Below the pieces are notes generated by a model. It searched no databases and was not told the DNA's origin. It saw only the letters and a list, made by a program, of their open reading frames with translations. A stretch of DNA of 64,000 bases from Ostrea edulis (taxonomy: Eukaryota): assembly GCF_947568905.1 (NCBI RefSeq), contig NC_079164.1:59892001-59956000 (forward strand), in the 5' to 3' direction. Of the stretch, positions 37,794 through 50,620 are shown one piece after another (within the stretch, counting starts at the first letter, position 1; each line of letters opens with the position of its first letter). A program made the position numbers and the translations under genes.

Positions 37794-39050
37794 TATGAGG
37801 GTGAGTCAATAAGTAACCAACCTAACTTATTTCTGGTTGAGATCCACCATTTCTTTTTCAATGTAATTGCCCCCTAAGTGTGATGCACTTAGACCAACTG
37901 TGTTCCAAGTGCCACCAGCCCAGAACTGAAAAAGTCAGGGTCCTTTCCATTGACCCACTCCTCAACTGCCATCACGACTTCTTCGTCAGACTGGAAATGA
38001 CATCCACAGATATCCTTTTCAAGTTTGGGAATAGGAAGAAGTCGCAAAGAGTAAGGTCAGGCGAATAGGTAAGATGTGGTATTAATTCATACCCGTTTCG
38101 CTCTACAGCATCCATTGCAACTTTGCAAGTGTGGACTCTCACGTTGTCCTGTTGTGGCAAAACACCTTTAGAGTTTACCTCGGCATTTATCATGGATGGC
38201 GGTTCTCAGTTGGTTTGCATAGTACACTCCAGTTATTGTTCTTCTCTTGGGTAAAAAGTCCAACTTAATAACGCCTTTTGCGTCCCAAAATACTGTGGCC
38301 ATCACCTTGCCAGCAGATGGTTGCGTGAACTTCTTGGCCTCGGGGACACTGACGACTCTGAGCTTTGTTCTCTGGCTCATAATAATGAACGCAAGTCTCA
38401 TTTACAGTCACCAGACACAAACGAAAATCATTTTTTGACCTAAAACGCTTCAACAAGGTGCTGCATACTGGGTACTAATGCTCTGGTTGACATTTGATCA
38501 TCGCTAAGGGATTTGTGGACCGAACGGGCTTTTAGCTTGTGCATACCTAAACCATCATGTAAGATTGTTGAAACGCTAACATGTGAAATGCCAAATGCCT
38601 GCACTATTTCTTCCCCCTATCGACTCCGAGTATACCAGATCCCGAACTTTCTTACACATTTTTCGTCCATGGCATCCAGACCTGGCTTCATCTTCTAAAG
38701 ATGTTCTACCGCGTTTGAATTCCCCTACCCAGAATTCTACCTGAGCACAAGATGGTGCAGAAGACCCATAAACATCAGCTAACTCACCGTGTATTTCCTT
38801 GTCTGTTTTACCTTTTATAAGTACAAGTACCGAATTATAGCCCGGTACTCAACTTTAAATTAGATGAAAAGCATGCCTTTGCATCACTATATCCATGTTT
38901 GACATTCAATATCTTATTAAAGAACAACTTGATACGTGTGTAATTTTGTACCCAGGTACAAAACATGTATTGAAACAAGGCATGAAAATTGTGACCATCT
39001 CGGTCAATCGGAAATGGGATAAGCTGGTTACTTATTGACTCACCCTCATA
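37794..39050 (-). mobile_element. Full-length but decayed mariner (Tc1/mariner) transposon
   Basis: TA-flanked TIR tgagggtgagtcaataagtaacca at both ends, about 1.25 kb. Minus-strand transposase fragments: EYRAIIRYL..GKT, FWVGEFKRGRTSLEDEARSG, PSAGKVMATVFWDAKGVI, QQDN, HLTYSPDLTLCDFFLFPNLK. Confidence 0.93.
37890..38880 (-). pseudogene. Mariner transposase pseudogene (multiple frameshifts and stops)
   Basis: Transposase motifs are spread over different frames (ORFs 37972-38193, 38168-38401, 38265-38456). Confidence 0.9.
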
Positions 39051-39569
39051 TTATGGAATTTGACCTTTATCCTGAATTTGACATACATGTAACCATAACC
39101 TTTCAGTTCAACAAGGATCAAATCTTCATCTTGTATAGTTCAATTTATGACCAAGGTTAAACATCCTGTGGTGGTGGTGTGGGGGGATGAGAGGTGAGTA
39201 AAAACAAAGTCCCCAACAGAGAAAATTAACTGAATATCTAACATTTAATGATCATGTAAGCTTGGTCACCCATCATTCTCTTCTGGTGCTTCTATCTGTT
39301 CACTTTACACGATTAGTTTCAATGTCTATCTAGAATGACAGACTTCGTACCATACATAGGGATGTTCTCATTCTGTGTTTAACATCATGTAAAACATAAT
39401 ATGTACATGACAATCTATTCAAAGTGCCGGAATCCAGTTAAGAAAATATTGAGTAGAAGTGTTTTGTACTTGATATAACGAGGACATTTTGTGCATGTGT
39501 GATAATTAACTTATCACACTTCTCAATCCAAATTTGTTGTCAAACTTTACAAATTCTGTTCTCTAAATT

Positions 39570-42500
39570 CGTGTTAATCAGAGATTGTAACTGTTAACAT
39601 GACCGGATGACTAGTATTAATCAGAGATTGTAATTGTAACTATATACATGACCGGATGACTAGTGTTAATCTGAGATTGTAACTGTTAGCATGACCGGAT
39701 GTATTAATCAGAGATTGTAACTGTTAGCATGACCGGATGTATTAATCAGAGATTGTAACTGTTAACATGACCGGATGTATTAATCAGAGATTGTAACTGT
39801 TAACATGACCGGATGTATTAATCAGAGATTGTAACTGTTAGCATGACCGGATGTATTAATCAGAGATTGTAACTGTTAACATGACCGGATGACTAGTGTT
39901 AATCAGAGATTGTAACTGTTAACATGACCGGATGTATTAATCAGAGATTGTAACTGTTAACATGACCGGATGTATTAATCAGAGATTGTAACTGTTAACA
40001 TGACCGGATGTATTAATCAGAGATTGTAACTATTAACATGACCGGATGACTAGTGTTAATCAGAGATTGTAACTGTTAACATGACCGGATGTATTAATCA
40101 GAGATTGTAACTGTTAACATGACCGGATGTATTAATCAGAGATTGTAACTGTTAACATGACCGGATGACTAGTGTTAATCAGAGATTGTAATTGTAACTA
40201 TTAACATGACCGGATGACTAGTGTTAATCAGAGATTGTAACTGTTAGTATGACCGGATGTATTAATCAGAGATTGTAACTGTTAGCATGACCGGATGTAT
40301 TAATCAGAGATTGTAACTGTTAACATGACCGGATGACTAGTATTAACCATGCAGAGATTGTAACTGTTAACATGACCGGATGACTAGTATTAATCAGAGA
40401 TTGTAACTGTTAACATGACCGGATGACTAGTGTTAATCAGAGATTGTAACTGTTAACATGACCGGATGTATTAATCAGAGATTGTAACTGTTAACATGAC
40501 CGGATGTATTAATCAGAGATTGTAACTGTTAACATGACCGGATGACTAGTGTTAATCAGAGATTGTAATTGCAACTATTAACATGACCGGATGACTAGTG
40601 TTAATCAGAGATTGTAACTGTTAGTATGACCGGATGTATTAATCAGAGATTGTAACTGTTAGCATGACCGGATGTATTAATCAGAGATTGTAACTGTTAA
40701 CATGACCGGATGACTAGTATTAACCAGAGATTGTAACTGTTAACATGACCGGATGACTAGTATTAATCAGAGATTGTAACTGTTAACATGACCGGATGAC
40801 TAGTGTTAATCAGAGATTGTAACTGTTAACATGACCGGATGTATTAATCAGAGATTGTAACTGTTAACATGACCGGATGTATTAATCAGAGATTGTAACT
40901 GTTAACATGACCGGATGTATTAATCAGAGATTGTAACTATTAACATGACCGGATGACTAGTGTTAATCAGAGATTGTAACTGTTAACATGACCGGATGTA
41001 TTAATCAGAGATTGTAACTGTTAACATGACCGGATGTATTAATCAGAGATTGTAACTGTTAACATGACCGGATGACTAGTGTTAATCAGAGATTGTAATT
41101 GTAACTATTAACATGACCGGATGACTAGTGTTAATCAGAGATTGTAACTGTTAGTATGACCGGATGTATTAATCAGAGATTGTAACTGTTAGCATGACCG
41201 GATGTATTAATCAGAGATTGTAACTGTTAACATGACCGGATGACTAGTATTAACCAGAGATTGTAACTGTTAACATGACCGGATGACTAGTATTAATCAG
41301 AGATTGTAACTGTTAACATGACCGGATGTATTAATCAGAGATTGTAACTGTTAACATGACCGGATGACTAGTATTAATCAGAGATTGTAACTGTTAACAT
41401 GACCGGATTTATTAATCAGAGATTGTAACTGTTAACATGACCGGATTTATTAATCAGAGATTGTAACTATTAGCATGACCGGATGTATTAATCAGAGATT
41501 GTAACTGTTAACATGACCGGATGACTAGTATTAACCAGAGATTGTAACTGTTAACATGACCGGATGACTAGTATTAATCAGAGATTGTAACTGTTAACAT
41601 GACCGGATGTATTAATCAGAGATTGTAACTGTTAACATGACCGGATGACTAGTATTAATCAGAGATTGTAACTGTAAACATGACCGGATGTATTAATCAG
41701 AGATTGTAACTGTTAACATGACCGGATGTATTAATCAGAGATTGTAACTATTAACATGACCGGATGACTAGTGTTAATCAGAGATTGTAACTGTTAACAT
41801 GACCGGATGACTAGTGTTAATCAGAGATTGTAACTGTTAACATGACCGGATGTATTAATCAGAGATTGTAACTGTTAACATGACCGGATGACTAGTGTTA
41901 ATCAGAGATTGTAATTGTAACTATTAACATGACCGGATGACTAGTGTTAATCAGAGATTGTAACTGTTAGTATGACCGGATGTATTAATCAGAGATTGTA
42001 ACTGTTAGCATGACCGGATGTATTAATCAGAGATTGTAACTGTTAGCATGACCGGATGTATTAATCAGAGATTGTAACTGTTAACATGACCGGATGACTA
42101 GTATTAACCAGAGATTGTAACTGTTAACATGACCGGATGACTAGTATTAATCAGAGATTGTAATTGTTAACATGACCGGATGTATTAATCAGAGATTGTA
42201 ACTGTTAACATGACCGGATGACTAGTATTAATCAGAGATTGTAACTGTTAACATGACCGGATGACTAGTATTAATCAGAGATTGTAACTGTTAACATGAC
42301 CGGATTTATTAATCAGAGATTGTAACTGTTAACATGACCGGATTTATTAATCAGAGATTGTAACTGTTAGCATGACCGGATGTATTAATCAGAGATTGTA
42401 ACTGTTAACATGACCGGATGACTAGTATTAATCAGAGATTGTAACTGTTAACATGACCGGATTTATTAATCAGAGATTGTAACTGTTAGCATGACCGGAT

Positions 42501-42772
42501 TTATTAATCAGAGATTGTAACTGTTAACATGACCAGATGTATTAATCAGAGATTGTAACTGTTAACATGACCGGATTTATTAATCAGAGATTGTAACTGT
42601 TAACATGACCGGATGTATTAATCAGAGATTGTAACTGTTAACATGACCGGATTTATTAATCAGAGATTGTAACTGTTAACATGACCGGATTTATTAATCA
42701 GAGATTGTAACTGTTAACATGACCGGATGTATTAATCAGAGATTGTAACTGTTAACATGACCGGATGACTAG
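39570..42772. repeat. 38/43-bp minisatellite (about 80 copies) with higher-order structure
   Basis: Unit ttaatcagagattgtaactgttaacatgaccggatgta, with a longer gactagt variant. Confidence 0.96.
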
Positions 42773-42899
42773 AGAATTCTGGAGATGGGGGGTCATTCTG
42801 AAAACATAGTCTATTTTTAATAACTGCTTAGTAAACAGAACAAGGAAATCCTAAATGTTTGAATATCAAAATGATCCCCTTCATCACAGACTAACGACA

Positions 42900-44349
42900 A
42901 AGAACTTGTTATACATTTAATTTATTCATGTACAAATTAAATAAAAATAATACAAAATTATTGCAGAGATTGATAAAATTCAGCAGAACAAGCTTTCAAG
43001 CAGTCAAACAACAGGTCAATTTCTTCATCCAAAAATCAGGAAATAAATATCAGTACAATTCATTACAGGGAACTCATTATATTTCGTAGGGGCCCAAATT
43101 ACAAACATTTCAGGGTACAATTTTCTTGTACCAGACAAAATCTCAACATAATACATAGTTTATATAATGCTTCATTATACAGAAATCATATGCATGAAAT
43201 CTACATCCCAAAGAAACTTGGTCCCCACAAAATTTCAAAGAATCCCTTAATTAGTACATGAATATGACACAGTCTAACAGGTTAATTTATGAACTGTAGG
43301 TTTTATGTGTTTTAGATGAAGCACTGAAATATAAACATTTTGGTTTCCTTTTCAATTTCTGGACCATTATGCATCTTAGTCACTTTCAGATCAACAAATT
43401 GTTCATATGCTTTACAATATAATAAAGGTTTAATTTCTAGAAATAACGACACAAAAGGTAATATTATATATGTTGACTACACAAAAATAAAACAGTACTT
43501 TACAAAATATATATATATAATAAAAAAAAATTAATAATGAAAAAATTACACTTAACATTAGCAAAGTGTACTTAATACATCTCTGCATGAAAAATGAAAC
43601 AAAAAATGGGAAAGGAAATTTTACAAGGGAGATCAGCTATACAAAGAATGTTTTGATGGAAATAATATCACTAAAATAAAATTCAAAGACAAAACTGTGT
43701 GCCACAACAAAATTTTTATTGCAAGCCCTACTTCTAAATTGATTGACCTATACTATCCAAGGCAGATAACTCTACCTTGTTACTGTTGAACGCGAAATTA
43801 GATGACTAGACCATGCGCCTGTTGTACAGTTATTTTTCTCCTTGCGATGCGATAGTTGCTATGACTGGAATACAAACAAAGCCCTTTATGTCCAATGACA
43901 TCAATATAATACAAAATGTACACGAATTAGATATTGGACTTCTCACGTGAATTACAAACCTTAGCCGAAATCAAAGCTTAATTTGTTAGTACATCTGTAA
44001 TGCATAACCTCAAGAATTTTCTATAACTGCATGCATATAAAATGTCTTGTTTTTCAATGATTTACAATTTCTCATATCTATAACAGATTAACATTCAAAA
44101 TTTTCCACCTATAAATATTGTATTCCAGTTGTTTACTACACATACAGAGCAGATAAGAGAGTAAATTTAGAAACCAGAAGCAGTTTAGTTGATGTTACAC
44201 ATCACAAAATGAACACTTCTCTGCTGCGACGTGATTTCCTGTAACGATGTGATTAATTTGTGATTCTTATTGTGAAGGATTGTCCGAGGTCACAAGGTAC
44301 AAATACGACAATCTCATTTGTTCAATACTGGTCCAATTGAAATGGTCAT
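42900..44349 (-). other. SEPT2: Predicted non-coding terminal (3'-UTR) exon of the SEPT2-like gene
   Basis: Strong acceptor tttttgttttatag at 44350-44352, then about 1.45 kb of repeat-free AT-rich sequence ending at AATAAA. Matching donor CAG|gtgaat lies 11 nt after the stop codon (49674). Confidence 0.5.
42921..42926 (-). terminator. Putative polyadenylation signal (AATAAA) of the SEPT2-like gene
   Basis: Plus-strand tttatt; followed on the minus strand by a GT/T-rich downstream element (gttctttgtcgttagtctgtg). Confidence 0.45.
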
Positions 44350-44689
44350 CTATAAAACAAAAATTAAATGTTAGTGAATACATACGCAATGCATCTCAAA
44401 ACTGCAACTGTATAAATATTGATGATCTTTCAAAATTTTCCATCAGTATATAAATGACTTTAGGGTTATATGGAGTTACTGGTCATTCTTTTCAGTACAG
44501 GGAACATGCAGACCCTGTCAGTGGAACAAAGTACTGTACAGCTGTCCGAGTTTTCCTGCAGTTTAATTTTACCTATTTTCACTGTAGACTAACATCATGA
44601 AACTAAAACTGCAGTGAACAGAACCTAACCATTATATCTATAAAGTAGTTAACAGGAATAAATTTACTAAAACTGCAGTGGATAGAACC

Positions 44690-44960
44690 ATATACATTGC
44701 GCTTTGCGTTATACCGTACGATGCACGGCTCCACGGTTTACATTGCGCTTTGCGTTATACCGTACGATGTACGGCTCCACGGTTTACATTGCGCTTTGTG
44801 TTATACTGTACGATGTACGGCTCCACGGTTTACATTGCGCTTTGTGTTATACCGTACGATGCATAGCTCCACGGTTTACATTGCGTTTTGTGTTATACTG
44901 TACGATGCATAGCTCCACGGTTTACATTGTGCTTTGTCTTATACCGTACGTTGCATGGCT
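44690..44960. repeat. 46-bp CpG-rich minisatellite (about 6 copies)
   Basis: Unit tacattgcgctttg(c/t)gttata(c/t)cgtacgatg(c/t)acggctccacggtt. Confidence 0.92.
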
Positions 44961-45764
44961 CCAAAGTTTACATTCTGTCGAATATGAAGTTATTAAAGAA
45001 ATGTATGTCATTTAGCATTAGAATTTTGTCACAGTTTAGAAATGAATACTACAGATGAATTATTGTATTTATCACATACAAATCTACAGAATTATGACCT
45101 TAAGGAACATAAATCTGTGGAATTAGAACCCTGCAGACAAAAGTACTTAACTGTTTCATCATACCTACATCTAATGTCAAATCAGCAGTAGCGTAACAAG
45201 ATGCTGTTTGTCAGAATATCTTCTACATTAAACTTAATCAACATCAAATGAGTTATTACTGATGCCTCTGTACCACTGTTTATGATGTGTCTTAAACAAT
45301 TGACACAAACAATACATATTGATCAAGGTGTAATTATTTGATCAGATTTTATCCTCAATTTTGAGGAACACATCAAATATAACAACTTAATGCATTTACA
45401 TGAAATAATAACAATATAGATATTTACATGAAATAATAACAATATAGATATTTACATGAAATAATAACAATATAAATATGGGGAATAATATACCAGTAAA
45501 ATTGCTTGTGCAAAACTCCTCTTACATTTATGATAAGAATTTATAGTTGAACTGGTACTAAAGTCTGCAGTTTTTAGGACCACAAACATAACAGAAATTT
45601 GTACCACATGGAAAACAACTATTCTACAGTACAGAAATCATCTACACAATTCTAATTCTTTCTCTTTTTTAATCTCTCATAGGAAATTTCCGTCTTAGAA
45701 AGTGCACCATGGGAAATGGGGGAACTTTCCAGCGTTTGTGACATTGCAACAAGACTGACCTGTA

Positions 45765-45900
45765 TTTACATGTGAGAATGCACAGTTTTATTATATAAAG
45801 AGCAGATAACTCTGTATTTAAATAGAAGAATGCAGTTTTATTATATACAGAGCAGATAACTCTGTATTTGCATATATGAATGCACTGTTTTATTATTTTT
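45765..45900. repeat. 52-bp repeat (about 2.5 copies), same unit as 48410-49130
   Basis: gca(c)agttttattatataagagcagataactctgtattt. Confidence 0.85.
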
Positions 45901-47127
45901 TTTAGTTCTTTTATATTTACGAAATTTTTACTTCACACATATATCACTGTTGCATACATATGAGAAATAGGTTACACGGATATTTTCACACAACATATTC
46001 ATTTTGAAATACAACTCAATAACATCAGGTATACTGTCTGCATTTCATGTTTATCTTATTCTTTTATGTAAGTATATGTATGATGTAAAAATCTTTTTAT
46101 GGGGAGAGAGAGAGAGAGGGGGGGGGAGAGAGAGGGGGAGGAAAAAGATAAAGGTACATAAGTATTAATTTCTTGGCAACAGATTTTGCAGGGATCGAAA
46201 TTAACTGTTTTCACTACTAGCAAATTTTAGTTAGTGGATTATTGTCCAACTAGCAAAATTTAGCTTTTACTAGCATTTTTCAATCGATTGCTGTTTTACA
46301 GGAATTTAAGAAAACAAGCATGTCTCTATATTAAAATATAGGAAAAATCTTCTTTAAAGTGCAATAATAAAAATAAGATTGAGAATTCTTTCATTTACCA
46401 TTTAATGAATTATCAGACAACATGCATTGGTGCATGGTGAGGGTCATAGGATACACTTGTGTGGTGTACTAGCTGTCCAGAGATCTACCACCTATTTACA
46501 ACACCACATGGTTTGAAATCTTGAAGACTGTTAGCGCCAATTCAAACTACATGTATATGTTAAAAACTTTTGGAAATTTCATCTAATAAATTCTAGTTGA
46601 AAAAAAACAACAACCCGCGCACTCGAAGTGTTTGACTATAGACTACAGCAGGACACTGCCTGAAGCGGTGACACTAACACTTCATGTGTTAAGTAAACAC
46701 GGACGAGATCAACATGCTTGCTATTTAAATCAGACGTCTCCGAGACGCCTGAAGTGTGCTTGAAGTAGGCCATTTTCGACATCACTGACTGAGATGATCT
46801 TGGCCTTAGTTATTTATTCGATCCACGTTTACTTTTTCAATACATTTATATTCATTCTGTAAAGCATTTCTATGCACAAGACAAAGACAAAATTATTGTA
46901 AACTTCAAAGTACAGCCAGCAAACCGAGGAAATTCGAAAAAAGATTTTTTTCACTCGCAAAAAATTGCGATCGTTTGTGATTTTTCACTCGCAATTTTAA
47001 TTTTGAACTCGCATTTAGCGAGTATTTCCCCTTAATTTCGTTGCCTATTTTGATAACTATAATAGATCTATATATATCTATTGATCAAACCACACACACA
47101 CAAAAACCAGACAAAAAACAAAACAAA

Positions 47128-47145
47128 AACAAGATGTGTTTGTGC

Positions 47146-47176
<31 letters not shown>

Positions 47177-47410
47177 GAAGATGGCCAAAGTCACAAGGAC
47201 AAATATCTTGGTACCAGTAAAAAGATCTTGTCACAAGAAATGCTCATGTACAATATGAAAGCTCTAATATTTACCATTTAGAAGTTATGATCAATGTAAA
47301 AAAAAAAAAAAATTAAAAGTAGGTCAAATGTCAAGGTCAAAAGGTTTAGTACCAACGGAAAGGTCTTGTCACAAGGAACACTTACGTGAAATATCAAAGC
47401 TCTACCACTT

Positions 47411-47444
<34 letters not shown>

Positions 47445-47508
47445 CAAAAAGTAGGTCGAACTCCAAGGTCACAGGGTCAAAAATGTTGGTACCCATGGAA
47501 AGGTCTTG

Positions 47509-47544
<36 letters not shown>

Positions 47545-47565
47545 CCACTTACTGTTCAAACACTT

Positions 47566-47605
<40 letters not shown>

Positions 47606-47669
47606 GTAGGTCAAATTCCAAGGTCAAGGTCACAGGGTAAAAAATGTTGGTACCCACGGAAAGGTCTTG

Positions 47670-47705
<36 letters not shown>

Positions 47706-47892
47706 CCACTTACTGTTCAAAAGTTATTAGCAAGGTTAAATGTTTCAAAAAGTAGGTCAAACTCCGAGGTCAAGGTCACAGGGTCAAAAATGTTGGTACC
47801 CACGGAAAGGTCTTGTCACAAGGAATACTCATGTGAAATACCAAATTTCTATCACTTACTGTTCAAAAGTCATTAGCAAGGTTAAAATTTCA

Positions 47893-47929
<37 letters not shown>

Positions 47930-47955
47930 TGATCTTCGATCTCGGGGGCATAAAA
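47128..47955. mobile_element. Non-autonomous Helitron/Helentron-type element with about 125-bp internal repeats
   Basis: Starts aacaagatgtgtttgtg..tgccccc and ends tgccccctgatcttcgatctcgggggca-taaaaa (3' hairpin plus A tract). Repeats of ggaaaggtcttgtcacaaggaatactcatgtgaaatatcaaagctct. Confidence 0.65.
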
Positions 47956-48409
47956 AAAAAAACCATTTGATGAAAAAGTACAGATATAGTATAGTATAGA
48001 CCTACATGTATATACTAATCATAAGTTTCCACATATTCTCTGCCAGCGAGTTTCATATTCATCCTAGTCCCTGGCAGTTTAAGGTAAGTATGTAAAGATT
48101 GTTTTCACTTAAGTTTTTATCCATGATAGCCAAAGTTCTGACAGGAGCTTTGTCCTGTTCAATGTATATGTACCTCTAAGGAAAGAAAAGAGAATAGAAG
48201 GAAAAAAAACATTGCGGCGAAGACTTGGAAAAACTCCCACAAATATTGAACCTGACAACATGCTCGAGGATTGCAAGTGTCTGAGCAAGTTCTACCAAAA
48301 ACTACTTGTGATAACCTGTGAATTCTATAAATCCCGGTTTTTGGTGAAAAACTATCGTTCGATCGAAAAACACAACCTTACATGTCGAGCATGTGCACTT
48401 CCCCCCCTA

Positions 48410-49130
48410 TGCACTGTTTTATTATATAAAGAGCAGATAACTCTGTATTTAAATGTGAGAATGCACTGTTTTATTATATAAATAGCAGATAACTCTGTAT
48501 TTAAATGTGAAAAAGCACTGTTTTATTATATAACGAGCAGATAACTCTGTATTTAAATATGAGAATGCACTGTTTTATTATAAGAAGAGCAGGTAACACT
48601 TTATTTAAATTTGAGAATGCACTGTTTTATTATATAAAGAGCAGATAACTCTGTATTTTAATGTGAAAAGGCACTGTTTTATTATATAAATAGCAGATAA
48701 CTCTGTATTTAAATGTGAAAAAGCACTGTTTTATTATATAAATAGCAGAAATGTGAAAAAGCACTGTTTTATTATATAAAGAGCAGATAAATCTGTATTT
48801 CAATGTGAAAAAGCACTGTTTTATTATATAAATAGCAGAGATGTGAAAAAGCACTGTTTTATTATATAAAGAGCAGATAAATCTGTATTTCAATGTGAAA
48901 AAGCACTGTTCTATTATATAAAGAGCAGATAACTCTGTATTTAAATTTGAGAATGCACTGTTTTATTATATAAATAGCAGATAACTCTGTATTTTAATGT
49001 GAAAAAGCACTGTTTTATTATATAAAGAGCAGATAACTCTGTATTTTAATGTGAGAATGCACTGTTTTATTATATAAAGAGCAGATAACACTTTATTTAT
49101 ATAAAGAGCAGATAACTCTCTATTTACATG
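48410..49130. repeat. 52-bp minisatellite (about 14 units, some truncated), nearly all with AATAAA on the minus strand
   Basis: Unit gcactgttttattatataaagagcagataactctgtatttaaatgtgagaat. Confidence 0.93.
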
Positions 49131-49685
49131 CAGTGGGTGATTCATTGATAGAAAGTCTACAAATGAAATTCTATTCTTTTTAAAAACACTTTCTTACTAA
49201 ATATCTAAGTGATAATCTTCAAAATTGTGCTGTTTTATGATATAAAGAGAAGTTAACTCTATTTTCCAATAAAATACATACAGAAAGCATTAGAAATGTT
49301 CTGTCAATTCCATAAATGTGCACACAGCTAGTATATAAAAAAAGGATTATGATTTATGTTATGTAAACCCATAGTACTATGAAATACATGTATTGATAAT
49401 GTTCGTTTGAAGGCTCCTTTTAATGATAAATCACTTATTTGTAATATTGCATGCTTCTTAGATAGTCTGCTGCTATCTAAATCTACATATATATTCCCTT
49501 ATTCAGAAATACGTATCTATTTTAATCAAAAGTTCTGGTAATGACTCATGAATAAACTCTACAATCATTTGTGAGCAAGATTCACCACTTCCAAAACTGT
49601 ATAAAATGAGTATCTCACAAATTATTTCATTTTTTTTTATCTTTTAAGACAAGCAATACTAATTCTGAATTCACCTGAATAAGCT

Positions 49686-49793
49686 TTAGACATTCTGAGA
49701 TTTGACTTCTCCATTTTGATGCGTTTTCTGTGGAGTATTGCGTTGATTCATTTCAGCCTGCATTTTCGCAATCATTTCCTGCATTCTTCTCAG
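49686..49793 (-). CDS. SEPT2: SEPT2-like septin, last coding exon: LRRMQEMIAKMQAEMNQRNTPQKTHQNGEVKSQNV*
   Basis: Acceptor atttatag, phase 0. Contains the SEPT2-group coiled-coil signature ELRRMQEM; stop TAA at 49688-49686. Confidence 0.95.
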   Translation of the reverse strand: MRRMQEMIAKMQAEMNQRNTPQKTHQNGEVKSQNV

Positions 49794-49861
49794 CTATAAA
49801 TATTAGAACATGATCATAAAAAAAAAATTACATATAAAAATTTGTTAAAAATCAATATTAA

Positions 49862-50369
49862 AGGGACTGATTCACGATTTTACCCAAAATTTTGTTTTTC
49901 ACTTTTAATGATCAAAATCTACTGTTTGAAAGATTTCACATGAAAATTAAGGTGATATATCATCACAGAAGCTCATTTTAGAGAGTTTATTATTTGTTTT
50001 GTAAGCAAAGATTGCGGTATGCTATTGCTTATGAAATTTTCAAAAGAAATGGATATCGTTCTAAGTATTATTATATCTTTCACATTTCAAGCATTTTTGG
50101 GGTGAAATGTGTCATCTAAAAGTTAAAATTTGTGACTAAGCAAAATTAAGATGCATTATATTACAAAATCAATAGTTCACTTGTTTGTTTGTTTACATAA
50201 AAAGACTCGAGTCTTTGTTTACATAACACATATTTAAGGCTAAAATATTACTTTTATTCTTGCATTCAGAAGGTCAAAATTTTGGCTGTCAACATTAAAT
50301 GAGCTATATTTCTAATGTTTAACATCAAAAATGAAAAATACTTTTATAAAAAATCATGAACCAGTCCCT
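49862..50369. mobile_element. Non-autonomous Kolobok-type DNA transposon
   Basis: TIR agggactgattcacgattt / aaatcatgaaccagtccct, TTAA TSD on both sides, purine-purine 5' terminus. Confidence 0.8.
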
Positions 50370-50620
50370 TTAAATGATGCAGATTATAAAACAGCAGTGC
50401 CCAAGAATCAACAGATCTTTTTGTGTAGCCTTACAAAAATATAAGATTCTTTCAAACTTGCATGCATTCAAGAAAATATCACAATATGTTATGCAAATAC
50501 ACAAGTTTTATTACCTATGCATACTAGTTCTTAACTAATTCAGAAATCTTCAAGGAATGAATTACAATGAAATCAAAGTGTGTCAGCATTTTATCTTAGT
50601 TGTAAAACTGTTGTAACAAT

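Noticed and set aside
45640-45750. Possible alternative last exon VSLVAMSQTLESSPISHG...RKN* for SEPT2
   Set aside because: The acceptor is just the tacag of a repeat unit with no pyrimidine tract, and there is no coiled-coil or septin similarity.
46189-47047. Possible hAT-like MITE (cagggatcgaaatta / taatttcgttgccta)
   Set aside because: TIR match is only 12 of 15 and no clean TSD; probably an old element but not supportable.
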